Of a stretch of 64,000 bases of DNA, positions 40,159-52,809 are shown one piece after another (the first letter of the stretch is position 1; each line of letters opens with the position of its first letter). The stretch is from Pristiophorus japonicus. Its lineage: Eukaryota. A model generated the notes under the pieces. That model had not been told where the DNA came from, made no database searches, and saw nothing but the letters and a program-made list of their open reading frames with translations. The DNA lies in assembly GCF_044704955.1 (NCBI RefSeq), contig NC_091997.1, forward strand, positions 85,498,001 to 85,562,000, given 5' to 3'. The translations under genes and the position numbers were made by a program.

Positions 40159-40678
40159 TGCCTGAGGGCTCTGCGATCACTGTTGCGCATGGACATGTTT
40201 ATTCTTTGCAGTTGTTCCGACGTTGTGTTGTGTTAATGGAATATGAAACAGTTTTAATGAAAAAATATTTTATTGAAAAGTTAACGTCAGTCTAATAAAA
40301 TATTTGTTGCATCAAACTATACTTTTTAATATGACTCTTGAAGATCACTTAAAAACATTAAGGTCACTTATTAACTTGTAAAGTTACAAAAGTTACAAAA
40401 CAATCGCAATGTGAAAAATCTTACACTCTTAAGATCACTTAAACTTCAAGATCACTTTTTACGTGCAAAATTAAATAAGGTACAAAAAAATGTGAGAGCA
40501 TTTACACTATAAGATCACTTAAAAACCATAAGGTCACTTATAAATTGTAAAGTTACAAAACTTACAAAACAATTTCAATTTGAAAAACGCTACTACAGCT
40601 ACATCAAGAACAAGAACAAAAGCAGCAAAGAAAGGCTGCATCCATGTCTCATCCATATCTCAGTGAATGTTCACTTAC

Positions 40679-42378
40679 TCATAGGGGTGTTATTTGATTG
40701 ACCGGGCTGTGTGCCCTTATTGCAGCAGCTACCTCAACCAGGCCCTCCCTGATGGCCTGTGCCATCATTTGCAAGCCCTTCCTGACCGCCTATGCTGTCG
40801 ATTGCACTCCCTCGGACATTCCCTCCCTAAGTTCCCGTGCCATTACTGCTATTTCTCCTGTCAGGACCGACAACTCTTCACCCACTGCACTGACGCCACC
40901 GATGAGTGATCGGGTAAGCTCATTGGTCTCCATACCCAACGCCACAACCTGAGCCGCATCTGTTGCACGCTGCATCTCAGGAGAGCGTGTCTCCAATCTC
41001 CTTCTCCTCTGCCTGGGTCTGCCTCGTGGCACCACTACACTGGGAGGCGCGGGCACGGACAGTGGGAAGCTCGGTGTTGCAAGCGGCACCACTACACAGG
41101 GAGGCGCGGGCTGGGACTGTGGGACGCTCTGTGTTCCAGACGGCAGAACTAGAGGGAGAGACTCGGGCTGGAATGCTGGGACGCTCTGTGTTGCAGACGG
41201 CAGTACTAGAGAGAGAGGCTCGGGCTGGGATGGTGGGGCGGTCGGTGTTCCAGACGACAGCATTCGAGTGCGAGCCATGGGCTGGGATGTTGGACGAATG
41301 AGTATAAACTGCTCCATGATATCAGCAGCAGCACTGGGACCCGCAGCGTCGGAATCAAAATCATAGTAGATGGAGCCAGAACCTATGCGGGAGGGAGGCG
41401 CAGGCTCGGATGGTAGTGCACTGACTGCAGAATGCTGCATTTTACCAGCAGCACCACTGGGACCCGCAACATCGGAAGCAAAACCATTGAAGGTGGAACC
41501 AAGACCTATGCTAAGGGTTGAAACTCTGATGCCCCTTGATGGGGGCTCATAAACATTCATTTGGAAGCTCTCCCCTGCAGACATTTCAGTCATCGCCGCC
41601 ATCATCCAGTCTGGTTCGTCCGCATCTGGTTGTACTGGTTCTTGTTCTGTACCCTCAGGATCCTCAGGGTTGGCAGCAGCAGCAGCACCATCGTCATCAT
41701 CATCATCATCGATATCATCATCATGTTATGCAAAATATATCAGAACAGTCAAATGTTTAACAGCAAGAGAGGGGGCCGGATGGATGGCATGAGTACTCTC
41801 ACAAATAGCAGGTTAGGCAGCAGGTTGATTTAAAGGGCCACGATGCATTTTCAGGACTTACCCTCTTCCTCGTGTGCAGGCCCAGCTTGTGCTGTACTGA
41901 TTGCTTTTCTCCATGTACCACTCATCATAGCAGCTACCCTTTGTTCCAAGGGTGTCAGTGGATGCAGATTGGGCATGCCTCCTCCTGTCCGAGTTGCCTT
42001 CCTTTTGTTGTGGGCCAATTTCTTCTGCAAAGAGTAAAATATAATTTTTTACAGAGTGTGTCAGTCTGCAAGGTGGGACATACAGATAGCCAGGTTACAA
42101 TTACGATTAAATTAAAAATGGGAAATATTACTTACACTAACTACTTGACCAAGGTCATGCCATTTCTTTTTACACTGCCTTCCAGGTCTCATGGTATGCA
42201 CCACTGCGCAGTAATCTTCTGCAACTTGGTTCCACCGTTTCTTCATTTCTTTTGGTGCCACTTTTATGCGACCCCTATTGCTGGTATCTAGCTCCTGCCA
42301 TCTCTGCTCAATTACATTGACTAATATCTCTACTTCCTCATGCAAGAAATTCTTTGTTCTTGGTGGACGTTGATCCAT
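40679..42378 (-). pseudogene. Harbinger Myb/SANT-like (MSANTD) DNA-binding protein, 3 exons (42378-42136, 42024-41862, 41727-40679)
   Basis: NF..EE..LV...W..VA...R..RQCKKKWHDL and RTGGG motifs; GTAAGT donors. The exon-3 acceptor is mutated and there is a TAG at 40790. Confidence 0.88.
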
Positions 42379-43189
42379 TGCAAAGTTGAATTGGCACTCT
42401 TATTTCTCAAAACACACAGTCCTTAATTTGCAATCACCAATGCAGCAGCGGTTCTGCAAGTTTAGCAGTGAAAAGCTGAACTCACTGATTTCAGCAGGTG
42501 ATTTATTCAACAGTGCTGCTTAAAGCATTCCCTCACACACAAAAATATCACAAAAATTAAATCACAAGCCTTTCCAGGGGTCCAAGAGACAAATCTTCAC
42601 TTTTCCTCCAGTCCCTTTAAAAATGGCCGAGTGCCAATGTTTGTTTCACACTGCGTGTGTGTGCACGCTCCAACACGCATGCGCAGGGTTGCCGGCACGA
42701 CATTGGCTCATTTGAATTAGACCCGCCCCCCACTGCTTAGGGAATCGGCGCGAGTGTCTGGCTCCACCCCCCGCTGTGATGTGCGCGCCGCGCCAAGCTG
42801 AGTTAGAGCTCCAAGGAGCCGGAGAATCTCGCAGTTTTTTCCTGCGCACTTTTAGGCGTGAAGAACAGGCGTCCAGCTCGGGGCTGCGCCGTTTTCAGCG
42901 CGGTCCTAAACTTGGGGCCAGTGAGTGGAGAGTTTCTAGGTGCAGTCTGTCAGGGCCATTACAGGGGGGGGGTTGCGTGTGTCAGATGCTCAAGTTGCAA
43001 ACACAGATCCATAACAGCCGCTCCATGATACCCTCTGTTCAGGAATTTAACCCAACCAATCAGAGCTCTGCTAACTTCTCCATCGCAGCTTATCATCTTA
43101 ACTAGCAGAAAATGAGCCTCTGAACACAATGCAAACAGAAATTATCTTTCTGATAATCTAAATGTGCTGATCAGAAACCTGTTGATTAC

Positions 43190-43499
43190 AAGAAAAAAGA
43201 TTTGCATATACCTTCCACAACCTCAGGACATTCCAAAGCATTTTACAGCCAATTAAGTCCTTTTTTTGAAGTGTAGTCACTGCTGTCGGAAACGTTGCAG
43301 TTTACGCTGAGCAAGGTCCCTCAAACAGCAGTATGAGAATGAGCAGATAATCTGTTTTAGTAATGTTGGTTGGGTGATAAATATTCACCAGGGCAGCGGG
43401 GATAACTCCCCTGCTCTTCTTCAAAATAGTGTGATGGGACCTTTAATGTCCACCTGAGTGGGTAGACGGGGCCTCGGCTAAACAGCTCATTCAAAAGAC
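43190..43499 (-). mobile_element. SacSINE1/Deu-type SINE
   Basis: Reverse-complement SINE core. Confidence 0.7.
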
Positions 43500-44330
43500 T
43501 TTTTCGGGTTGGCAGGCTGTAACTACAAGAATCAGTGCTGGGGCCTCAGCTGTTTAATGACTTAGATGAAGGAGTTGAGTGTAACATATCCAAGTTTCCT
43601 GATGATACAAAGTTAGGTGGGAAAGTAAGCTGTGAGGAGGACGCAAAAAGGCTGCAGAGGGATATAGACAGGTTGACTGAGTGGACAAGAACATGGCAAA
43701 TGGAATAGAAGTGTGAAGTTAACCACTTTGGTAGGAAAAACAAAAATGCAGAATATCTTTTGAATGGTGAGAGACTGGGAAATGTTTGCACTCAGAGGAA
43801 CCTGGGGGTCCTTGTACATGAATCACAGAAGTTAACAGGCAGGTATAGCAAGCAACTAGGAAAGCAAATGGTATGTTAGCTTTTGTTACAAAGGGATTAG
43901 AATATAAAAGTAAACATAAGAACATAAGAACATAAGAGTTTAGGTGATCCAATTGAAAAATATAAATTTCTTAAGGGGCATGACAGGGCTAATGCTGGGA
44001 AATCGTTTCCCCAGGCTGGGGAATCTAGAACACGGGATCACAGTCACAGAATAAGAGGTACGCTATTTAGGACTCAGATAAGCAGACATTTCCTCAAAGG
44101 GGTGTGAATCTTGGAATTCTCTACCCCAGAGAGCTGTGGATGCTCAGTTGTTGCATATATTCAAGATAGTGGTCGATACATTTTTGGGAACAAAGGGAAT
44201 TAAGGGATATAGGAATACTGCGGGAAGGTGGGTTGAGGGAGAAAATTAGCCATGATCTTTCTGAATGGCGGAGCAGACTCAAGAGACCAAATGACCTACT
44301 TCAGCTTCTACTTTTTATGTTCTTATGTTT
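43500..44330 (+). mobile_element. Degenerate CR1 RT/3' fragments
   Basis: [12 protein letters not shown] and CR1 3'UTR. Confidence 0.8.
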
Positions 44331-45420
44331 GTATGTTATGCCGGTGGTGGAGGGAGTGTATATTTAACCTGGGGGATGGATGGGGTGTCAACAAGCGATG
44401 TCTTATCCTGGATGGTGTTGCGCTTCTTGAAAGTGGAGAGTATTCCATCACACTCCTGACTTGTGCCTTGTAGATGGTGGAGAGGTTTTGGGATTCAGGA
44501 GGTGAGACACTCGCCACAGAATATCCAGCCTCTGACCTGCTCTTGTAGTCACATCATTTATATATCTGGTTGAGTTTTGTTTCTGATGAATGATGACCTC
44601 CCCTGGATGTTGATGATGTGAGATTCAACTATGGTAATGCCATTGAATATCAATAGAGGTGGTTAGAATCTGTTTGGAGATGGTCATTGCCTGGCGCTTG
44701 TGTGGTGCAATTGTTACTTGCCACTTATCAGCTTAAGCCTAGACGTTGTACCGGTCTTGCTGCATGTGGGCACGGACTGTTACAATATCTGTGGAATTGA
44801 GAATGGAGCGGAACACTGTGAAATCATGAGTGAACAGCCCTCCATCTCATGATGGAGAGTAGGTCATTGATGAAGCAGCTGAAGATAGTTGGGCCAAGAA
44901 CACTGTCCTAGGAGGGTAAAGGACGGTTTTGAATTCAGTGCCTGGGGGGAGGTCAGTGAGGACAGGAGTGATTAGTGAGTAGGATGCCATGTGAGACAGA
45001 ATGTGGATAATGGGTTCCGACTGAGTCTGTTATCGGTGAAGTTCAGGAGGCTGATGAGGAAAGGATTGTAGATGTCCATGGCCATGGTGATGAAGCTTTG
45101 GAGGAGAGTTCCAGCGGCACTGAGGATGAGGTGGGAATGGAGGCAGGCACTGTTTGGAAGGAGGAGTCACAACATCTGGTGGTGGGCTGGCTGTTTGTTT
45201 CAAGTTCAGCTCAGGGTCAAATAGGGTCAGTATGTACTGGAACCTAACGGGATGGCTTTGGTTTTTCCATCTTTGAAGCTGGTAAAGTTCTGGTTTGTCC
45301 AGAACTTGATGTAGATAAGAAATCAGAAATGCAGAAATATTGATACATTCCAAGCAACCATGGAAATATTGATACCTTCCAATGACCCTCTGCAAATATT
45401 GATATATTCCAAGCAAACCC

Positions 45421-48400
45421 ATGAAACATAGAAACATAGAAAATAGGTGCAGGAGTAGGCCATTTGGCACTTCGAGCCTGCACCACCATTCGATAAGATC
45501 ATGGCTGATCATTCCCTCAGTACCCCTTTCCTGCTTTCTCTCCATACACCTTGATCCCTTTAGCCGTAAGGGCCATATCCAACTCCCTCTTGAATATATC
45601 CAACGAACCGGCATCAACAACTCTCTGCGGCAGGGATTTCCACGGGTTAACAACTCTCTGAGTGAAGAAGTTTCTCCTCATCTCAGTCCTAAATGGCCTA
45701 CTCCTTATCCGAAAACTGTGTTCCCTGGTTCTGGACTTCCCCAACATCAGGAACAATCTACCCGCATCTAACCTGTCCCGTCCCGTCAAATTCTTATATG
45801 TTTTTATGAGATCCCCACTCATCCTTCTAAACTCCAATGTATAAAGGCCCAGTTGATCCAGTCTCTCCTCATATGTCAGTCCGGCCATCCCGGGAATCAG
45901 TTTGGTGAACCTTCACTGCACTCCCTCAATAGTCCTTCCTCAGATTAGGAGACCAAAAGTGAACACAATAATCCAGGTAAGGCCTCACCAAGGCCCTGTA
46001 CAACTGCAGTAAGACCTCCCTGCTCCTATACTCAAATCCCCTAGCTATGAAGGCCAACATCCCATTTGCCTTCTTTACCGCCTGCTGCACCTGTATGCCA
46101 ACCTTCAATGACTGATGAACCATGACACCCAGGTCTCGTTGCACCTCCCCTTTTCCTAATCTGCCACCAGTCAGATAATATTCTGTCTTCGCGTTTTTGC
46201 CCCCAAAGTGGATAACCTCACATTATACTCCATCTGCCAAATTTCTGCCCACTCACTTAGCCTGTCTATGTCCTTTTGCAGATTTTGTGTGTCCTCCTCA
46301 CACATTGCTTTTCCTCCCATCTTTGTACCATCGGCAAACTTGGCTACGTTACACTCAGTCCCTTCTTCCAAGTCGTTAATATAGATTGTAAATAGTTGAG
46401 GTCCCAGCAATGATTCCTGCGGCACCCCACTCATTGCCAACCCGAGAATGAACCAGAGAGCCCTACTCTCTATTTTCTGTTATTAGCCAATCCTCTATCC
46501 ATGTTAATATATTACCACCAACCCAGTGAAATTTATCTTGTGCATTAACCTTTTATGTGGCACCTTGTCAAATGCCTTCTGGAAGTCCAAATATACCACA
46601 TCCACTGGTTCCCCTTTATCCACCCTGTTGGTTACATCCTCAAAGAATTCTAGCAAATTTGTCAAACATGATTTCCCCTTCATAAATCCATGCTGACTCT
46701 GCCTGATCGAATTTTGCTTTTCCAAATGTCCTGCTACTGCTTCTTTAAGAATGGACTCCAACATCTTCCCAACCACAGATGTTAGGCTAACTGGTCTAAA
46801 ATTTCCTGCTTTTTGTCTGCTTCCTTTTTTAAATAGGAGTGTTACATTTGCAGTTTTCCAATCTGGGACTTCCCCAGAATCTAGGGAATTTTAGTAAATT
46901 ACAACCAATGCATCCACAATCCCTGCTGCTACTTCTCTTAAAACCCTAGGATGCAAGTCATCATGTCCAGTGGATTTATCTGCCTTTAGTCCCATTATCT
47001 TACTGAGTACCATCTCCTTAGTGATTGTGATTGTGTTAGGTTCCTCCCCCCCCTAGCTCCTTGACTATCCACTGTTGGAATATTGTTAGTGTCCTCTACC
47101 GTAAAGACTGATACAAAATATTTGTTCAGAGTTTCTGCCATCTCCATGTTCCCCATTACTAATTCCCCGGTCTCATCCTCTAAGGGACCAACATTTACTC
47201 TAGCCACTCTTTTCCTTTTTATATACGTATAAAAACCCTTGCTATCTGTTTTTATATTTCGTGCTCGTTTACTTTCATAGTCTATCTTCCCTTTCTTAAT
47301 CATTTTTTAGTCATTCTTTTTTAGTCCTCCCAATCTTCTGTCCTCCCACTAGTTTTGGCCACATTTTAATTGGATACCGTCCTTTATTTCTTTAGTTAGC
47401 CACGGATGGCTCTCTTTTCTCTTACACCCTTTCCTCCTCACTGGAATATATTTTTCTTGAGAGTTGTGAAATATTTCCTTAAATGTACACCACTGTTCAT
47501 CAACCGTCCTACACTTTAATCTGTTTTCCCAGTCTACTTTAGCCAACTCTGCTCTCATACCTTCATAGTCTCCTTTATTTTAGCTTAGTACGCTGGTTAG
47601 AGATCCAATTTTCTCACCCTCCATCTGAATTTGAAATTCAATCAATCTATGATCACTCATTCCAAGGGGATCCTTTACTTGGAGATTGTTTATCAATCCT
47701 GTCTCATTACACAGGACCAGATCTAAGATAGCCTGCCCCCTGGTTGGTTCCGTTACATACTGTTTAAGGAACCCGTTCCTTATGCACGCGATGAACTGTT
47801 CCTCAAGGCTACCCTGACCAATTTGATTTGTCCAATCAACATGGAGGTTAAAATCACCCATGATTAGTGCTATTCCCTTTTTACAAGCCCCCACAATTTC
47901 CTGATTTATGCTCCGACCAACAGAGTTGCTGCTGTTAGGGGCCTATAGACTATGCCCACCAGTGACTTTTTCCCCTTATTATTCCTTATCTCCACCCAAA
48001 CTGTTTCAACATCCTGATCATTTGAGCCAATATTGTTTCTCACTATTGCAGTGATTCCATCCTTTATCAACACCTCCTTTTCCTTTCTGTCTGTCCCTCC
48101 GGATTGTCATTTACCTCTGAATATTTAATTCCCAGTCCTGGTTACCTTGCAACCAGGTCTCTGTAATAGCTATCAGATCATACCCATTTGTCTCAATTTG
48201 TGCCTTCAACTCATCTATTTTGTTAGAAATGCTACGTGCATTTAGACAAAGTGCATTTAAATTTGTTTTTTTTACCCTTTTTTCCTGCTTGTTTCCTCTT
48301 TCCTTCATACTTACTTTTTTTTATCTTTGCTTTCTAATTTCAGCTTTTCTTCTCTCCCTACTGAATCTATTTTCAGGTTCCCATCTCCCTGCCAAGCTAG

Positions 48401-49687
48401 TTTAAACCCTTCCCAACAACACTAGCAAACCACCCCGCCAGGATATTGGTCCCAGCTCTGTTGAGGTATAACCCGTCCGGCTTGTACAGATCCCACCTCC
48501 CCCAAAAGCGGTCCCAATGCCTCAGAAAACTAAAGCCCACCCACCTGCACCATCTCTCCAGCCATGTATTCATCTGCTCTATCCTTCTATTTCTATACTC
48601 ACTAGCTCATGGCACTGGGAGTAATCCGGAAATTACTACCTTTGAGGTCCTGCTTTTTAATCTCTTGCCTAGCTCCCTAAACTCTGCCTGCAGGACCTCA
48701 TCCCTCTTCCTACCTACGTCATTGGTACCAATGTGGACCACGACCTCTGGCTGTTCACCCTCTTCCCCCAGAATGACCTCCAGCCACTTTGTGACATCCT
48801 TGATCCTGACACCAGGGAGGCAAAACCATCCTGGAGTCACGTCTGCAGCTGCAGAAACGCCTGTCTTCTCCCCTGACTATCGAATCCCCTACCATTATAG
48901 CTCTTCCATTCTTCTTCCTCTCCCCCCCTGTGCAGCTGAGCCACCCGTGATGCCATGGACTTGGCTCAGGCTGCACTCCCCAGAGCCACCATCGCCCTCA
49001 CCGGTACTCAGAACAGGGTACTGGTTGGAAAGCGAGATGGACTCAGGAGACTCCTCCACTACCTGCCTAGACATCCTCTTCTGTCCAGGGGTCACCCACT
49101 CCCTATCTGCCTGCACACTCTTAAACTGTGGGGTGACCGCCTCTAGAAATGTGCTATCCACGTAGCTCTCAGTCTCGCGGATGCACCGCAGTGACTCCAG
49201 CTGCTGCTCAAGCTCCAAAACACGGAGCTCAAGTTGGTGCAGCTCAGCTAGAGACACCTCATGCACACGTGGTCATCCAGGCTGCGCAAAGCATCCAGGA
49301 TTTCCCACATGCCACAGGATGTGCAATCCACGGGACTACCCTGCCATGCCTCTAGTTACATTCGCAACTATCGAGTAGATGTAAACTCTAAACCTTAGCA
49401 AAACACAGCCAGCCGCTACTCAGCAAACAGCTGATTTAGTTCATTGGTTCTCCTTAGATAATAAAGATCACATATATTTAATTGTAGTTCCTAACTTATA
49501 ACAGTGCCCAAGGTTTCTTAAAGAAAAGAAAGAAAAGAAAAAGAAAAAATACTCACCAATCCACCAGCCAATCACTTACCTGCTTGGCTGTGACGTCACA
49601 CTTTGATTTTAATTGTTTTTTCTTTGTTCTTTTACCCTGCTGCAGCTGGCTGCTCCCGATCTGCCGCTGCTCCAAACTGCCCACCCT
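45421..49687 (-). mobile_element. Near full-length CR1 LINE (5'UTR, ORF1 coiled-coil + SGNH esterase, EN, RT), degenerate and apparently chimeric
   Basis: LELRVLELEQQLESLRCIRE, GDSIVRG, VHIGTND, NARSI, GDFN and YLDFQKAFD motifs; (CATAGAAA)n tail. Confidence 0.92.
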
Positions 49688-49699
49688 TTGTACTTCCTC

Positions 49700-50160
49700 G
49701 GCATATATTGCGACATTCCAATGATCCTCTGCAAATACTTAGATATGTCAAAGGGCCTCTGCAAATATTGATACAGCCCAATGACACTCTTGAAATATTG
49801 ATACTTTCAAGGAACCTCTGCAAATAATGATACATTCCATTGACTTTCTGCAAAAATTGATACATTCCAAAGGCTTTCTGCAAAAATTGATGCATTCCAA
49901 TAACCCTCTGCAAATATTGATAAATTCCAAGGGACCCCCTGAAAACATTGATACATTCCAAGGGACCCTCTGCAAATATTGATACATTCCAATGACCCTC
50001 TGCAATTATTGATACTTTCAAGGAAACTCTACAAATATTGATACATTCCAAGATACTGCAAATATTGATACATTCCAAGATACTGCAAATATTGATACAT
50101 TCCAAGGGACTCTGTGCAAATATTGATACGTTCCAAGATGCTGTAATTATTGATACACTT
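49700..50160. repeat. About 30-bp minisatellite (AAATATTGATACATTCCAA core); further units at 45330-45420
   Basis: Directly visible tandem units. Confidence 0.88.
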
Positions 50161-50499
50161 CTGTCATAACTTGGCACAAGTGCTTTGTGTAACAAGGTGG
50201 GGAGCACAAGTATGACCACTGATACACCATCAGTGCCCACACATTCCAGGTGGCTCAATAATTGTGCAACTATTCACTACTGCGGGCAAAGTGGGGGAAT
50301 TACCTCAACTCACTTCACATGCCAGCTTCTAAGGAATCACCGGGTGAGGGGGACCTTGTGTGGGGAGTCCCCGCTCGTGGTATCCCTCCTCTCCTCGATG
50401 ATGTTGGTCTTGTACAAAGGGTTATCTGAGGCTCCACCCTTTGGAAGTCAAGTTGGAAACTCCTATCAATCTGATGCACCTAGGGGTTTGCTACATAGG

Positions 50500-51045
50500 G
50501 TTACATAGGATGTACAGCACAGAAACAGGCCATTCGGCCCAACCAATCCATTCCAGTGTTTTTGCTCCACTCGAGCCTCCTCCCGTCTTTCCTCATCTAA
50601 AACTATCAGCATAACCTTCTATTCCCTTCTCCCTCATATGCCTGTCTAGCCTCCCCTTAAATTCATCTACATTATTCACTTCAACCACACCCTGCGGTAG
50701 CGAGTTCCACATTCTCACCACTCTCTGGGTAAAGGAGTTTCTTCTGAATTCCCGATTGGATTTCTTGGTGACTATCTTATATTGATGGCCTCTAGTTATG
50801 CTCTTCCCCACAAGTGGAAACATTGTCTCCGTATCCACTCTATCAAAATCGCTCATCATTTTAAAGACCTCTGTTAGGTCACCCCTCAGCCTTCTTTTTT
50901 CAAGATAAAAGAGACCCAGCCTTTTCATCCTTTCCTCATGTGTATACCCTCACATTTCTGGTATCATCCTTGTAAATCTTCTCTGAACCCTCTCCAGTGC
51001 TTCCATATCCTTTTTATAATATGGCGACCAGAACTGTACGCAGAA
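50500..51045 (-). mobile_element. CR1 3' fragment
   Basis: RRLRGDLTEVFK...FTQRVVRMWNSLP. Confidence 0.85.
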
Positions 51046-51606
51046 CAGGTGCAGCGCCTAAGACCCGAAACCCTCGGGACCGAGGCCATTCCGGATTCTG
51101 GGTTTTTCTGGACTTTCAATTTGCTTTCTGCCCAGGTTTGAGTATTTCCGGATTTCGGAACATCTGAAAGGAGGGAGGGGGGGGGGGCGCGGTGGTGGAT
51201 TCCCACCAAGAAGCTGTTCGGGCTGCCTGGCCCCGCTGCCAAGGATGTTGTCGGGCGGGGCTCTGCCGGAAGGTTGTTGTCGGGTGGTCCCCGCCGAGGA
51301 TGATGTCGGCAGGTAGGCCCCGCCCAGGAGGTCATCGTCAGGTGGGCCCCGCCGAGGAGATCATCATCGGGTGGGTTGGTGAGGAGACCTCGAGGTAAGG
51401 GCAGCGATGTTGAGGTGAGCGGGGCTGGGTGAGCTGTAGCGAGGCCCAAGGTTGGGCAGCAACGGGGCCCCGAGGTGGGCAGGGTCATCGAGTCCAAATT
51501 TCCAGAACATTTTACAGATTCTGGACGACCCTACCACCAATCGTCCTGGAGTCTGGATTCCGGAACATTCCGGATTCTGGACTCCGGATTCTCGATGCTG
51601 CACCTG
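51046..51606. mobile_element. Tc1/mariner-type MITE
   Basis: TIRs CAGGTGCAGC / GCTGCACCTG. Inserted at the TA of a CR1 sequence (CAG-TA-CTCTAAG), with the left TA mutated to AA. Confidence 0.75.
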
Positions 51607-52407
51607 TACTCTAAGGCCCTGGAATTGGTGGAAGCTAAGTTCTGCCCAAAGGACCGCTGAGATCCTGACGGTACTTTGGCCGGAAGTTTCATGGAAAAAT
51701 CTTGGAAAGTCCGCCCGGCGGCAAAAATGGGACTTACGCCCTGAATCTGGGCGGCAGCGGGAGGTAGTTCCCATTCTCGGCGGCAAATGCAATCCTCAGC
51801 TAAGTACGAGGGCGGAACTGATAAAATTAAACATTTTCACAAAATTAAAAAAACACTAGAAATCCTTCAGCGGACCCCATCCACCCGAATCCCTGCAAAA
51901 GAAATAAAGAAAAGAACTGCACTTACCTTTTATTGCAGGTCTTCATACTTACCGTTGAGGTTAGACCTGCCTTCACGCGGCGGGCTTGTCCCCTGCTGGA
52001 GCGGAGGACCGCCCGGACCAAACTGTCAGCATTTACAATCATTCTCTCTGAAACTGACCCGAACTTCAGGATGTTGCGCATCTAAACGCGGAAATCCTGA
52101 CGTTGCGGTCAGTCATTCAACACTCTGACACAGGCGACGCTGTGGATGCCCTACCACCGACCCCACCCCGTATTGCCGGCAATCAGTGAAATCAGTGCAG
52201 CTTTCCCACGCTAATTTTGCTGTTAAACACTCCATGAAATGTTAAGCCTTGTTAGATTAGGTGTAACTGGGGTTTTGACCAACAGTGTATTGACTGCAAA
52301 AAAAAAATCACGATTCCTTAATTTCCTGTGAGAGGCTTTGTTTCACGTTGACTGTTTAATGAGCTTTCCTGTCTCTATCTCTATCCCATTCTGCCCTTTC
52401 CCCGCAG

Positions 52408-52809
52408 GATCCACTTATCTCTTCTTCCGAGGACCAGGAGATGTCACCACTCTGCAATGCAACGTGCCCACCGGTGCTGGGAATAAAGTAACCTTGTGCA
52501 GCTCCAGTGATCCCGGGTCAGGAATGGGTGAAATAAAATGTCAGCACCCAAAGAACGAGAAGCCATGTGATGAAAATATCGGTCCTCAAGGGAGAAAAGG
52601 ATACAGTGAGCCAGAGTGTACGAAATGCAAATTAAATGACGACCAAACAGAGTCTCTGACATTCGCTGTGAAGATGATTAACTCGATGGTGTTTACCTGC
52701 ATGGCTCAGGATTGCACAGAAGGAGGGGCATTGGAGTGTCCGTCCTGGCTCACACTGTCACAGCCGGGATGTGAAAACCACGACTTGTTCTTTGTGATAA
52801 CCCAGGATG
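52408..52809 (+). CDS. IgSF receptor exon: atypical cysteine-rich Ig-like domain D1 (134 codons, 10 Cys)
   Basis: Acceptor ctttccccgcAG and donor G|GTAGGT give a symmetric phase 1-1 exon of 402 bp, fully open. GDVTTLQC and VFTCMA resemble the Ig B- and F-strand Cys motifs. Confidence 0.8.

Larger units (their letters stand above)
38136..42919 (+). mobile_element. PIF/Harbinger DNA transposon, full-length but inactivated
   Basis: TIRs GGGGCCAAGTTT / AAACTTGGGGCC, 3-bp TSD AGT, and convergent transposase and Myb/SANT genes. Confidence 0.95.

Noticed and set aside
49632-50258. 208-aa Cys/Ile-rich ORF (LECINIC repeats)
   Set aside because: Translation of the 30-bp minisatellite.
51615-52330. 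Further Harbinger-like MITE starting TAA|GGCCCTGGAATT
   Set aside because: No matching right TIR found, so it is left unannotated.
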